Shown here: in pieces, positions 26,101-35,774 of the stretch
How the letters are laid out: each line of letters begins with the position of its first letter
Position numbering within the stretch: position 1 is the first letter of the stretch
NCBI GenBank assembly: GCA_041651015.1
Contig: JBAZKA010000003.1
Location: 42,572 to 106,571, forward strand
Source: Patescibacteria group bacterium
GTDB lineage: Bacteria > Patescibacteriota > Patescibacteriia > Magasanikbacterales > GWA2-37-8
Length of the DNA stretch: 64,000 nt
Direction: 5' to 3'
The notes under the pieces: generated by a model
The model's input: only the letters and a program-made list of their open reading frames with translations
Databases searched by the model: none
Told to the model about the DNA's origin: nothing
Position numbers and translations under genes: made by a program

Positions 26101-27729
26101 TTACTTTTTACTCACCGCCGCTTTAATCAAACCCATAAACAACGGATGCGGGGCGAGCGGACGGGATTTTAATTCCGGATGAAATTGCGAACCGACAAAA
26201 AACGGATGGTCTTTGAGTTCAATTATTTCCACCAAATCTGATTCTTTGTTTATACCGACTATTTTCAGGCCGGCCTTATCCAGTTCATCGCGATACTTAT
26301 TATTAAACTCAAAACGATGGCGATGGCGCTCGGAAATTTTATCCGTGCCATATAATTTCTGCACTTTACTCCCCGGTTTCAATTCACAATCATAAGCGCC
26401 CAGGCGCATGGTCCCGCCGTATTTCGCCTCTTGAATATTTTTCGCTTGATTGGGATTGACTTGGATAATAATGTTTGAACTTTTCGGATTGCATTCCACC
26501 GTGTGCGCGTCTCTGTAGCCCAGGACATCGCGCGCGAATTCAATGGCCGCGAGTTGCATGCCATAACACAAGCCAAGATACGGAATTTTATTTTCCCGCG
26601 CGTATTTAATCGCGGATATCACACCTTCCACTCCGCGTGTGCCAAATCCGCCCGGTACGACAATGGCGTCGAACCCGGACAATTCCTTCAATAGTTTGAC
26701 GTCTTTTTCATATTTTTCCGCGTCCACCCAAACCAATTCCGGCGATGCGCCATTATACCAAGAGGCGGTCTTGATGGCTTCAATCACTGAAATATACGAA
26801 TCGGCCAAAGTATAATTGCCGGTGCCAAAATATTTACCAATCACCGCCACTTTAATTTTTTTCTTAGCGGTATTTTTTTTGTTGATAAAGGCCGCCCACT
26901 CTTTGCCGTCTTTTTCTTTCAATTTCAATTTTAATTTCTTGGCGATAACCTTGCTGATATTATATTTTTCAAAATTATCCGGAATATCATAAATGGATTT
27001 CACATCCGGTGCCGGAATAATATCTTCTTTGGATTTAAGCGAACAGAAGAAAGCTAATTTTTCACGGCGCGGTTCATCCAATTCATCCTCTCCGCGAGCA
27101 ATAATAATATCCGCCTGCAAACCGGAATTGTTAAGCGTGCGGGCGGCGAACTGAGTAGGCTTGGTTTTCATCTCGCCCAAATGTCCGGGCACGGGCAAAT
27201 AGCTGACCAAAACAAAAATCACATCATCAGGCGTATCCATCTTCATCATGCGGGCCGCTTCCAGAAATAACACATTTTGATACTCGCCCAATGTACCGCC
27301 GATTTCAATCATCATTACTTGGGCTTTGGTTTTCTTGGCAGCGTTTTTGATCCGACCGATAACTTCCAACGGAATGTGCGGTACCACCTCCACGCAACGG
27401 CCCTTGTAGGCCATGCTTCGTTCCTTTTGGATGACGCTCTGGTAAATGCGTCCGGTGGTCATGTAGTTGATGGAAAAAATATCCGAGTTCAAAAATCTTT
27501 CATAATTTCCAATGTCCTGATCTGTCTCGTCGCCATCATCAGTCACAAATACTTCTCCGTGCTCAATCGGGTTCATGGTGCCGGCATCAACATTTATATA
27601 CGGGTCAATTTTCACGGCCGACGCGTGGATGCCATGATTTTCCAAAATGCGTCCGATTGACGCGACTGTAATCCCCTTGCCCACTCCGCTCATCACCCCC
27701 CCGATCACGAAAATGTATTTCGTCTTCAT
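26101..27729 (-). CDS. pyrG: CTP synthase
   Basis: 'MKTKYIFVIGGVMSGVGKGI', 'GLCYGMQ' (the GATase Cys), and 'HRHRFEFN'. Confidence 0.95.
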   Translation of the reverse strand: MKTKYIFVIGGVMSGVGKGITVASIGRILENHGIHASAVKIDPYINVDAGTMNPIEHGEVFVTDDGDETDQDIGNYERFLNSDIFSINYMTTGRIYQSVIQKERSMAYKGRCVEVVPHIPLEVIGRIKNAAKKTKAQVMMIEIGGTLGEYQNVLFLEAARMMKMDTPDDVIFVLVSYLPVPGHLGEMKTKPTQFAARTLNNSGLQADIIIARGEDELDEPRREKLAFFCSLKSKEDIIPAPDVKSIYDIPDNFEKYNISKVIAKKLKLKLKEKDGKEWAAFINKKNTAKKKIKVAVIGKYFGTGNYTLADSYISVIEAIKTASWYNGASPELVWVDAEKYEKDVKLLKELSGFDAIVVPGGFGTRGVEGVISAIKYARENKIPYLGLCYGMQLAAIEFARDVLGYRDAHTVECNPKSSNIIIQVNPNQAKNIQEAKYGGTMRLGAYDCELKPGSKVQKLYGTDKISERHRHRFEFNNKYRDELDKAGLKIVGINKESDLVEIIELKDHPFFVGSQFHPELKSRPLAPHPLFMGLIKAAVSKK

Positions 27730-27773
27730 AAATTAAATCAGTTTATTGGTTTACTGGTTTATTAGTTTATTTG

Positions 27774-28469
27774 TTAATCAACATATGCCTCAATCTGCGC
27801 GACTTTATTTATTATTTTTAGTTTTTCAGCCAGTTCGGGAAATATCGTTTTTTGTCTTAATCCCATCCATAAATCATCCAATAATGACGACCCCGGGTAT
27901 GGATGCAAATTATAATTTTTGCCTTCAAGACCCAAACCATTAAGAAGAAAGGGCAATTCGTCAATAATGTAGGCGGCTAATCTATCCAATTTATCACGAC
28001 CAAAACCATCCACGCGTTTTTTAAAATTTTCTTTAATTATGTCTAAAATATATTGATGAAATTCAGTATCGTTTTCAAACTCTTCAACAATTACTGAAAT
28101 TGAATCTTTGTAAAATTGCGATTCTTTATAGTCCCGCCATTTTGCTATTTTTATCAAATGTCGTTTTTCTTTCGGCAAACTATTTTTTATTTCATTTATC
28201 ATAACCTCTATCTCCGTGCCTTTTCTTAAGGCCACACTCGCAGCCCTCTCGGCTGAATAACCATCAAACACTTCATAATTAATGGCATGAATTTCATCCG
28301 CAATCAATATCGCCACATCATCTTTGGTTTTGTCTAATGCCCATAAAATATATTTTTCAATATTTTCTTTTGAAAAGTATTTATTCCCCAAACTGATTCC
28401 GACAAAAAAATTGAATTGTCTTGCATCTATTTCGTCTTGCGTGCAGTTAAAATATTTTTCTATCCGCAT
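27774..28469 (-). CDS. tRNA-dependent cyclodipeptide synthase (CDPS) family protein
   Basis: 'FFVGISLGNKYFSKENIEKYILWAL' matches the AlbC-type catalytic-Ser pocket 'IGISAGNSYFSQKN..LLQWA' as recalled from memory. 'EEFENDTEF' resembles 'FEEDAEF'. 'AAYIIDELPF' matches the Y-x3-E catalytic pair in 'NYVLAEAPLF'. Length (231 aa) fits the family. Confidence 0.6.
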   Translation of the reverse strand: MRIEKYFNCTQDEIDARQFNFFVGISLGNKYFSKENIEKYILWALDKTKDDVAILIADEIHAINYEVFDGYSAERAASVALRKGTEIEVMINEIKNSLPKEKRHLIKIAKWRDYKESQFYKDSISVIVEEFENDTEFHQYILDIIKENFKKRVDGFGRDKLDRLAAYIIDELPFLLNGLGLEGKNYNLHPYPGSSLLDDLWMGLRQKTIFPELAEKLKIINKVAQIEAYVD

Positions 28470-28472
28470 ATT

Positions 28473-28925
28473 TCATTTTTTCTCACCAAGTCCGACCACC
28501 ACCAAACTTAATTTTGCTTCCAACCCATGGCGCAATTTGACGCGCGCTTCATATTCACCCGGTTCTTTGATTGGTTTGATAGTAATATTATTTTTGGCTA
28601 CATCAAAACCCATCTTTTTCAAGGCGTCGCTGATTTTCTGAGCGGTGACAGCCGCATACAAAAAACCGGCTTCGTTGGTCTTCTCGGTGATAGTCACCGG
28701 GAGTCCATCTAGCCGGCTGGCAAGCGACTGCTGGGTTCTTAATTCTTCTTCCGAGGCTTTGGCCCGGCGGGCGCGGTCGGTCTTGAGGTCGTTTAACGAC
28801 TTGGGCGACGCGGAAATAGCCAGATGGTTGGGGAACAAAAAATTCGTGGCATAACCATCGGCTACGTTTACTATATCATCAATAGCGCCAAGTCCAGGGA
28901 CTTTGGCGAGGAGGATTACCTGCAT
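28473..28925 (-). CDS. rplI: 50S ribosomal protein L9
   Basis: 'MQVILLAKVPGLG...GYATNFLFP' L9 N-domain. The start is taken at the conserved MQVIL. Confidence 0.85.
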   Translation of the reverse strand: MQVILLAKVPGLGAIDDIVNVADGYATNFLFPNHLAISASPKSLNDLKTDRARRAKASEEELRTQQSLASRLDGLPVTITEKTNEAGFLYAAVTAQKISDALKKMGFDVAKNNITIKPIKEPGEYEARVKLRHGLEAKLSLVVVGLGEKK

Positions 28926-28981
28926 AGACTTGTAATTAGTTCGCACATATTATACAATAAGACCCAAGGAAATTCAAAATA

Positions 28982-29884
28982 ATGTCAACACCCCCTATGA
29001 CTGAAAAAACCACAGAAAACACCGAGGCCAAAAAATGCGGTTTCATTACGCTTATCGGCCGTTCCAATGTGGGCAAATCTACTTTGCTCAATACTTTGGT
29101 TGGCACCAAACTGGCCATCGTCACTCACCGTCCGCAAACCACGCGCAATATTATTCACGGTGTGCTTAACCGTCCCGAAGGGCAAGCGGTTTTTGTGGAC
29201 ACACCCGGTATTTATAAAGAAAAGAAAAATTTCTTGGCCGGCAAATTGACTAAGCGCGCCGAAGAAGCGCTGGATGATATTGATCTGATTATTTATGTGG
29301 TGGACCCGTCCAAAAATATCGGCGCCGAGGAACGCTATATGATGTCCGTGGTGCGCAAAGCCAAAGCCCCGAAAATTTTAGTTATCAACAAATCCGATTT
29401 AATGGAAAAAGAAAAACCATATTTGGATGATTACAAACTTTATGGCCAAGAAGAAGGTTTTGAAGCGGTCTATGAATTATCCGCCTTGGCCGACCGCCAC
29501 GTGGAACCCTTGCGTGAAAAAGTTTTTGAATTTTTACCGGTGGGCGAAGAGGTGTATCCGGACGACCAACTCACCAACACCAGCCCGAATTTTTGGGTGG
29601 CGGAATTAATCCGTGAAAAAATATTTCTAGCTTTGCGCAAAGAAGTCCCCTACACCACGCACGTGGAAGTGACCGAGATGGAAGAAAAACCGGATTTATA
29701 CACCATCAGGGCGACCATCTATACTTACGACAGCCATTACAAAAAAATGATTATCGGCGCCAAGGGCCGGGCCATCAAGGAAATCGGCATTGCCGCACGC
29801 AAAGAATTGGAAACCGCGCTCAATAAAAAAGTTTTTCTGGATTTGGAAGTGGAAACGGACAAACATTGGGAGTTGAGAGCGTAA
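28982..29884 (+). CDS. era: GTPase Era
   Basis: 'ITLIGRSNVGKSTLLN', 'DTPG', 'NKSD', and the C-terminal KH domain 'IIGAKGRAIKEIG'. Confidence 0.9.
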   Translation: MSTPPMTEKTTENTEAKKCGFITLIGRSNVGKSTLLNTLVGTKLAIVTHRPQTTRNIIHGVLNRPEGQAVFVDTPGIYKEKKNFLAGKLTKRAEEALDDIDLIIYVVDPSKNIGAEERYMMSVVRKAKAPKILVINKSDLMEKEKPYLDDYKLYGQEEGFEAVYELSALADRHVEPLREKVFEFLPVGEEVYPDDQLTNTSPNFWVAELIREKIFLALRKEVPYTTHVEVTEMEEKPDLYTIRATIYTYDSHYKKMIIGAKGRAIKEIGIAARKELETALNKKVFLDLEVETDKHWELRA

Positions 29885-29900
29885 AAAATATTACAAAAAA

Positions 29901-29936
29901 ATACCGCCCGGGAAGGACGGTATTTTTAATTTTTTA
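29901..29936. terminator. bidirectional terminator between era and ctpA
   Basis: 'ataccgcccgggaaggacggtat' followed by 'ttttaattttttatt'. Confidence 0.6.
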
Positions 29937-31232
29937 TTTCTGCGTGGTAGTCGCGTCTTTCACCGGAGGCCAGAGCGAAGCCGACAATAAATCCAATGCT
30001 TTGTCTAACATTTTATCTTCGCCGATTTTTTCATTAGTCCAATCCTCCACTAATTTTATGTCAGGTGCGATGCCGTCTTTGTTTATATTTCGTCCATTCG
30101 GCGTATACCACTCGGCCACGGTTAATTTCAAAGCCGAGCCATCGGTAAATGTTTGGAAATCCTGAACCGAACCTTTGCCAAAAGTTTTTTCACCGATGAT
30201 GGTCGCTAACCCGTGGTCTTGCAAAGCGCCGGACACAATTTCCGAAGCCGAGGCCGAACCTCCGTTTACAAGCACGACGGTTTTAATGCCATTCAAAAGA
30301 TGTTTACCCGAAGTCAAATGTTGATTGTCCACCCCATTGTCGGATTTTTCACTCACAATCACGCCGTTATCCACCCACTCACTCGCCATACTCACGGCCG
30401 CATCCAAAAATCCACCCGGATTATTGCGCAAATCAAGCACGATGCCCTTCGCGCCTTCACTGGTTAATTTATTTGTATATTTATCAAACAGGCTTTCCGT
30501 ATCCTCATTAAATTGTAAAATTCTAATGTAAGCAATTTTATCTCCCTTCCAAGAAAATTCCACCGAGGGCACATTGATTTTTTGCCGGGTAATTTTTACG
30601 TCAAACGCATCGCTCAATCCATCACGACTGATCGTTAAAGTGACGACGCTACCGGCCTCACCGCGAATATAATTCACAGCCGTGTTCACATCCAAACCAT
30701 AAGTGCTAGTCGCATCAATCGCCAAAATTTTATCACCGGCATGCAAGCCCGCTTTCTCGGCCGGAGAATCAGCCAGAGGACAAACAATCATCAATTGCTC
30801 GCCTTTGATGCCTATTTCCGCGCCAATGCCTTCAAATTCACCGGATAAATCCTTGGCAAATTCATCAGCCACGGTCGGCACCATATACATTGAATACGGG
30901 TCGCCGAGCGAATACACCAAACCTTGAATTGCGCCGTAAAATAAATCCGCGTCTTTCACGTCTTTATTTACATATTTTGATTTGACGGTATCCCACACTT
31001 CCCAAAATTGATTGAAATCAACCGAATCGGATTTATTTATGGAACGATTCAGATTCAAAACCTTGCTGATAGAAATTTCGCCATTGGCATCGGTCGTTTG
31101 CTTTTTGACAATCAGCATCTGCCCGGTAAGAAGACCGAGGCCGAAAGCCGCCACAAATAAAATTACGGCGAAATAAACGCCGATGTATTTTTTAAAACGC
31201 GCGCGAGACGGCGCGATATTTGTTTCGGGCAT
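29934..31232 (-). CDS. ctpA: carboxyl-terminal processing peptidase (S41, PDZ-containing)
   Basis: N-terminal TM, a PDZ region, and 'GIVLDLRNNPGG...GGSASASEI' (the S41 Ser/Lys motifs). Confidence 0.85.
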   Translation of the reverse strand: MPETNIAPSRARFKKYIGVYFAVILFVAAFGLGLLTGQMLIVKKQTTDANGEISISKVLNLNRSINKSDSVDFNQFWEVWDTVKSKYVNKDVKDADLFYGAIQGLVYSLGDPYSMYMVPTVADEFAKDLSGEFEGIGAEIGIKGEQLMIVCPLADSPAEKAGLHAGDKILAIDATSTYGLDVNTAVNYIRGEAGSVVTLTISRDGLSDAFDVKITRQKINVPSVEFSWKGDKIAYIRILQFNEDTESLFDKYTNKLTSEGAKGIVLDLRNNPGGFLDAAVSMASEWVDNGVIVSEKSDNGVDNQHLTSGKHLLNGIKTVVLVNGGSASASEIVSGALQDHGLATIIGEKTFGKGSVQDFQTFTDGSALKLTVAEWYTPNGRNINKDGIAPDIKLVEDWTNEKIGEDKMLDKALDLLSASLWPPVKDATTTQK

Positions 31233-31236
31233 AATA

Positions 31237-32544
31237 TTATTTGTTGATGATTTTAATATCAGCGCCGGCTTTGTTTAGCACGGCATAAAAATTTTCATAA
31301 CCGCGGTCAATCATATAAGTGTTGCGCAGAATGGATTTACCGCGCGCCGCGAGCATACCAATAAGCATGACGACCGCGCTGCGCAGAATCGGCGGGCAAA
31401 CAGCTTCGTTCGCGGTAAATTCCGTCGGGCCCTCCACCCAAACTCGGTGCGGGTCAAGCAAGGTAATCTTCGCGCCGAGCTTTTGTAATTCCAAATAACT
31501 CACGGCCCGATTTTCATAGGGCCAATCGTGAATCAGCGTCCGGCCTTTGGCCGTCGCGCAAATCGGAACAAATAATGGCAAGTTATCTATATTCAAACCC
31601 GGAAACGGACGGCATTCAATTTTATCCGACAAAGCAATTAATTTTGACGGAATAATTTCAATATCCGCCACTTCAAAATAATTATTTTTTGATCGGCGCG
31701 AATTTTTAATTTTAATTTTTTGTCCCATGTGTTCCAATTTAGTCAACTCCAATTCCAAAAATTCCATGGGGCAATTTTGGACGGTAAGACGCGAGCCGGT
31801 CGCGATACCGGCCGCGATATAAGTCATGGCCGCGATCGGATCAGGCATAATGGAATAATCGGCCACTGATTTTAATTCTTCTGCACCTTCAATTTCCAAA
31901 GTGGTGGAGCCGATGCCGGAAATTTTTGCGCCGGCTTGATTTAAGAAATAACACAAATCCTGCACCATGTAATTGGCCGAAGCCATTTTAATAATAGTTT
32001 TTCCTTTGGCCAGCACCGCGCCCATAATCGCATTCTCGGTGGCAGTGTCGCCGGATTCATACATTACAATTTTCGCGCCATGAAGAACGGGCGAATTTTT
32101 TATAACGTAAAATTTATCTTGCGAAATGACGCTCACACCAAACTTTTCCAAAGCGTACAGATGTGGACGAATGGTTCGCTCGCCGAGTTTGCATCCGCCG
32201 GATTTCGGCAATTTGAACTCACGCACGCGGGATGCCAGGGCGCCAAACAAAAATAAGGACGAGCGGGTTTTCTCCGAAGCCGGCCGGTCAATTTTATTGG
32301 TAATAATTTTACCCGAAGCATCAAGACGATATTTACCATGCCCGATTTTATCAATCTTAATTCCCATGCTCTTCAGGAGTTCAATGATGCGATAAACTTC
32401 TTCAATTTCCGGTACATCAGACAACGTCACAACGCCTTTAATCATGGCCGAAGCGCACAAAATCGCCACCGCCGAATTCTTGGCCGTTTGGTTAATTATC
32501 ACGCCGTGAAGTTTCTTTCCGCCGTTAATTTCCAGATATGACAT
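31237..32544 (-). CDS. murA: UDP-N-acetylglucosamine 1-carboxyvinyltransferase
   Basis: 'LEINGGKKLHGVI...SKNSAVAIL' and 'PGLNIDNLPLF...KGRTLIHDWPYENR' are typical of MurA. The start is set at MSYLEING. Confidence 0.9.
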   Translation of the reverse strand: MSYLEINGGKKLHGVIINQTAKNSAVAILCASAMIKGVVTLSDVPEIEEVYRIIELLKSMGIKIDKIGHGKYRLDASGKIITNKIDRPASEKTRSSLFLFGALASRVREFKLPKSGGCKLGERTIRPHLYALEKFGVSVISQDKFYVIKNSPVLHGAKIVMYESGDTATENAIMGAVLAKGKTIIKMASANYMVQDLCYFLNQAGAKISGIGSTTLEIEGAEELKSVADYSIMPDPIAAMTYIAAGIATGSRLTVQNCPMEFLELELTKLEHMGQKIKIKNSRRSKNNYFEVADIEIIPSKLIALSDKIECRPFPGLNIDNLPLFVPICATAKGRTLIHDWPYENRAVSYLELQKLGAKITLLDPHRVWVEGPTEFTANEAVCPPILRSAVVMLIGMLAARGKSILRNTYMIDRGYENFYAVLNKAGADIKIINK

Positions 32545-32610
32545 AGTTGACTTTGAGCAAAAATACAAGTAATATGATTATACAATAATTGCGAAGCTAA
32601 ATCAAGCCGC

Positions 32611-33966
32611 ATGGAATACCCAAATTCAAAAATCACCAAACCCATTCGCACGATAATTCTCGTGTTTTTTATCGTTTTATTTTTAGTGCTCGCTCCGGGC
32701 ATCATTCTTTACACCAGCGGATATCGTTATGACTGGCAATACGGCCTGCTCCGCGAAACCGGTTCCATTAATGTGGATATTGCTCCGGATACCGCGTCTA
32801 TTTATATTAACGATGTTAGAATTAAATCCGGCATGCCGGTGCGTTTGAATGATCGGGTACCGGGCAAATATAAAATTCTTATTTCTAATGACGGATATTT
32901 TGACTGGCAAAAAGAAGTATTGGTGAAAAACAAACAAACAGTTTACATCAAGGATATTTCCATGCTCAAAACCGGAGCGCCTCAAGCGATCATCTCGGGT
33001 AAGGATATCGCCTCAATACAAATTTCGCGCGACAAAAAATATTTGGCTTATGCGGAACGCGTCAACACGACTTCAGTAGCGCATTTATACAATTTATCAA
33101 CAGCCCAGGACACAACACTGTTCACACTCTCATCCGCGGACGGCGGAATGAAAATTGAATTCGCGCCCAACAATAATTATTTATCAGTGAGCGATGGGTC
33201 CGCGCCTTATGAATCGGTTTTAATTTTCAATGCCGATGAACCGGCCAAAGAAATAAATCTGACCGAACGCATCAAATATCCGATTGATAAATACCAATGG
33301 AAAGAAACAGTTGGGCCGGAATTATATTTCAGCGCCAACAAACGCCTAATGTCCATCGTCGCCACGACTGAGCAACGCTATGTGCTTGGTAAAAATTCTT
33401 GGATTGACTGGCTGATGCAAAACGGCCAGCTTTGGACTTTGCAAACCGCGTCGGGCACAAAACAAATCAAGCTGGTGCGTGATACTTTGGGATTTAGTTC
33501 GGATTACGCCGATGCTAATAGGTTCACCTCGGCGGAACAAGATTTACAATTGGCGGCTGCTTACGCTGATACCATCTTGCTGAAAAAAAATAACAAATCG
33601 GAAATGATTTTATTGAGCAATGGCAACAAATACACGGTCGCCGGAGAAAAATTTTTACTATCAGAATATAATGACTGGCTCATTATTTGGACGCCGTGGG
33701 AAATTTGGACCTATTCCAAAGGCGAAGAGCCGAACTTGTTAAACCGCTCGGGCGAACAGCTTAATGCCGTTCTGCCCCTGGATAAATACAACACGCTCGC
33801 TCTAGTTTGGAACGATAAAACCACGGCCCTATTTCCATATTATCTGGTGACGCATGATTTTATCAACGCTTCCATTAATTCCACGGCCGCGGATACATTG
33901 AACAGAACTATGTATTTCGCGGGCAAGGTTAACAACTCGGAAGGACTTTGGAAATTGAATTATTAA
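32611..33966 (+). CDS. PEGA-domain-containing membrane-anchored hypothetical protein
   Basis: N-terminal TM, then 'INVDIAPDTASIYINDVRIKSGMPVRLNDRVPGKYKILISNDGY' (PEGA-like), then a long beta-rich domain. Confidence 0.5.
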   Translation: MEYPNSKITKPIRTIILVFFIVLFLVLAPGIILYTSGYRYDWQYGLLRETGSINVDIAPDTASIYINDVRIKSGMPVRLNDRVPGKYKILISNDGYFDWQKEVLVKNKQTVYIKDISMLKTGAPQAIISGKDIASIQISRDKKYLAYAERVNTTSVAHLYNLSTAQDTTLFTLSSADGGMKIEFAPNNNYLSVSDGSAPYESVLIFNADEPAKEINLTERIKYPIDKYQWKETVGPELYFSANKRLMSIVATTEQRYVLGKNSWIDWLMQNGQLWTLQTASGTKQIKLVRDTLGFSSDYADANRFTSAEQDLQLAAAYADTILLKKNNKSEMILLSNGNKYTVAGEKFLLSEYNDWLIIWTPWEIWTYSKGEEPNLLNRSGEQLNAVLPLDKYNTLALVWNDKTTALFPYYLVTHDFINASINSTAADTLNRTMYFAGKVNNSEGLWKLNY

Positions 33967-33969
33967 AAT

Positions 33970-34374
33970 ATGAGACTAACCATTTTTACCGACGGCGGAG
34001 CAAGGGGTAACCCGGGACCGTCTGCGACCGGCATCGTCATTAAAAATGATTCCGGAAAAACCATTGATTCATTTGGCGAATACTTAGGCGAGCAAACAAA
34101 TAATTTTGCCGAATACTCGGCGCTTATCGCCGGAATGAAAAAAGCCAAAGCACTGGGCGCGGATGAATTGGAATGTGTTTTGGATTCGGAGCTGGTGGTC
34201 AAACAAATGCAACGCGAATACAAAGTAAAGGAACCGACCTTGCAAAAAAAATTTATTGAGGCCTACAATGCTTCCATGCAATTCAAAAAAATCACTTTCA
34301 GACACACGGCGCGAGAAAATAACAAAGAAGCGGACGCGATTGTGAATCGGATTTTGGATGAAAGAATGAAATAA
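33970..34374 (+). CDS. rnhA: ribonuclease HI (RNase H type 1 domain)
   Basis: 'IFTDGGARGNPGP' (the catalytic Asp), 'EYSALIAG', and 'NKEADAI'. Confidence 0.8.
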   Translation: MRLTIFTDGGARGNPGPSATGIVIKNDSGKTIDSFGEYLGEQTNNFAEYSALIAGMKKAKALGADELECVLDSELVVKQMQREYKVKEPTLQKKFIEAYNASMQFKKITFRHTARENNKEADAIVNRILDERMK

Positions 34375-34379
34375 AAACA

Positions 34380-34600
34380 GCCCACAACCCCTATTGGGAT
34401 CGTGGGCCTCGACGTGAGGAGCGACTCGTTGCTCTACACGTCGGCCATGACGTTCTTCGACGGCGATTGTTGGCTCGGCTGACGGCTGTTGGACACAAAC
34501 GAGGAACCTTTGTTGCGAACCATGAACCACCTCCTTTGAACGCTCTCTGAGCGCCCTTGCAAAAATCCATGCCGGCTCGACATGCCGCGCACAGATTGAA
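34380..34600. other. GC-rich structured intergenic island (candidate ncRNA or acquired fragment) between the convergent rnhA and dnaJ
   Basis: GC is clearly above the flanking sequence. Hairpins 'cgacgtg...cacgtcg' and 'cccacaacccctattgggatcgtggg'. Contains 'ccacctccttt' (34527-34537), which equals the extreme 16S 3' end sequence, i.e. SD-like on the minus strand. Confidence 0.3.
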
Positions 34601-34664
34601 AAAACAATGAACTGATTAAGATGATATCAATTTTTTATCCACAAGTCAAATTAAAAAACGAGCC

Positions 34665-35768
34665 TTACAGCTCATTTTTTAATTCTTCCAAAAGTTGTTT
34701 GGCTTTTTTACTTAATTTTTTCGGCACTAGTATTTTTATTTTAACATAATGGTCTCCCCTGCCCGAACGGCCCAATTGGGTAATACCGTGACCCCGAAGG
34801 CGGATAAGCTGGCCTGATTCCGTGCCCTCGGGCACGACCACGGTCAATTCACCATCCAAGGTCGGCACTTGAATTTTATCACCAAGCGCGGCTTGAGAAA
34901 AATTTATTTCCGATTCAGTGTAAACATCGAAATTTTCCCGATGAAAAACTTTTTGCGGTTTAACATGCGCTCGCACATATAAATCCCCGGACATACCGCC
35001 GTGAGGCGCGGCCTCGCCGTGGCCGGTCAAACGAATCGCTTGGGCGTCATCAATGCCAGCCGGAATCTTGACGTTCAAATCCACAGACTTGGATAAAATT
35101 CCGTCTCCGCCACAATGTTTACATTTGGCCGATGGTTTTTCGCCCCGCCCATGGCAATCCGGACAAGTAGCCACAGTTTGCATCACGCCAAGAAATGTTC
35201 GTTGTTGTTGAACCACTTGACCCTTGCCGTGACAAGTACTGCAGGTATCCATCTTACTGCCCGGTTCGCTACCCGAACCATGACAGACATCACATTTACT
35301 TTGTTTACGCAATGAAATATCTTTTTGTACGCCAAACGCCGCTTCGACAAAAGTAATTTCCACATCAACCTGAATATCAGACCCTCTTCGCCCGCCTCGG
35401 CCCGAGGCCGATCCGCCTCCACCAAAACCAAACACATCGCCAAATATGTCGCCGAAATCGAATCCGCCAAAATTGACATTGCCAAATCCCCCGCCTTGGC
35501 CGCTTCTGGCCGCGCGCATAAATTCTTCCCAGCTCGCTCCGCCAAATCCGCCTTGCTGATCAAAATCAGCGCCAAACTGATCGTACTTGGCGCGTTTCTC
35601 CGCATCGCCGACGACCTGAAAAGCCTCGTTTATTTCCTTAAACTTTTTTTCATCACCACCTGGTCTGTCCGGGTGATGTTGCATGGCCAATTTCTTGAAG
35701 GCCTTTTTTATTTCGTCTTGCGTGGCGGATTTATCCACGCCGAGCATTTTGTAGTAGTCTTTGGACAT
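34665..35768 (-). CDS. dnaJ: chaperone DnaJ
   Basis: J-domain 'YYKMLGV...HPDR', a G/F region, and four 'CxxCxGxG' zinc-finger repeats. Confidence 0.92.
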   Translation of the reverse strand: MSKDYYKMLGVDKSATQDEIKKAFKKLAMQHHPDRPGGDEKKFKEINEAFQVVGDAEKRAKYDQFGADFDQQGGFGGASWEEFMRAARSGQGGGFGNVNFGGFDFGDIFGDVFGFGGGGSASGRGGRRGSDIQVDVEITFVEAAFGVQKDISLRKQSKCDVCHGSGSEPGSKMDTCSTCHGKGQVVQQQRTFLGVMQTVATCPDCHGRGEKPSAKCKHCGGDGILSKSVDLNVKIPAGIDDAQAIRLTGHGEAAPHGGMSGDLYVRAHVKPQKVFHRENFDVYTESEINFSQAALGDKIQVPTLDGELTVVVPEGTESGQLIRLRGHGITQLGRSGRGDHYVKIKILVPKKLSKKAKQLLEELKNEL

Positions 35769-35774
35769 GAAAAA

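Noticed and set aside
34084-34530. 148-aa ORF antisense to rnhA
   Set aside because: Its GTG start is embedded in the SD-like motif and it runs antisense through a well-supported RNase HI gene. The ATG with good SD spacing is in another frame and gives only 29 codons. Likely spurious.
34527-34537. CCACCTCCTTT resembling the 16S rRNA 3' terminus, with a loosely h45-like GGAACC upstream
   Set aside because: No 16S body upstream (rnhA coding lies there), and the helix-45 region does not fold like 16S. Treated as coincidence or an SD-mimic inside the GC-rich island, not an rRNA gene.
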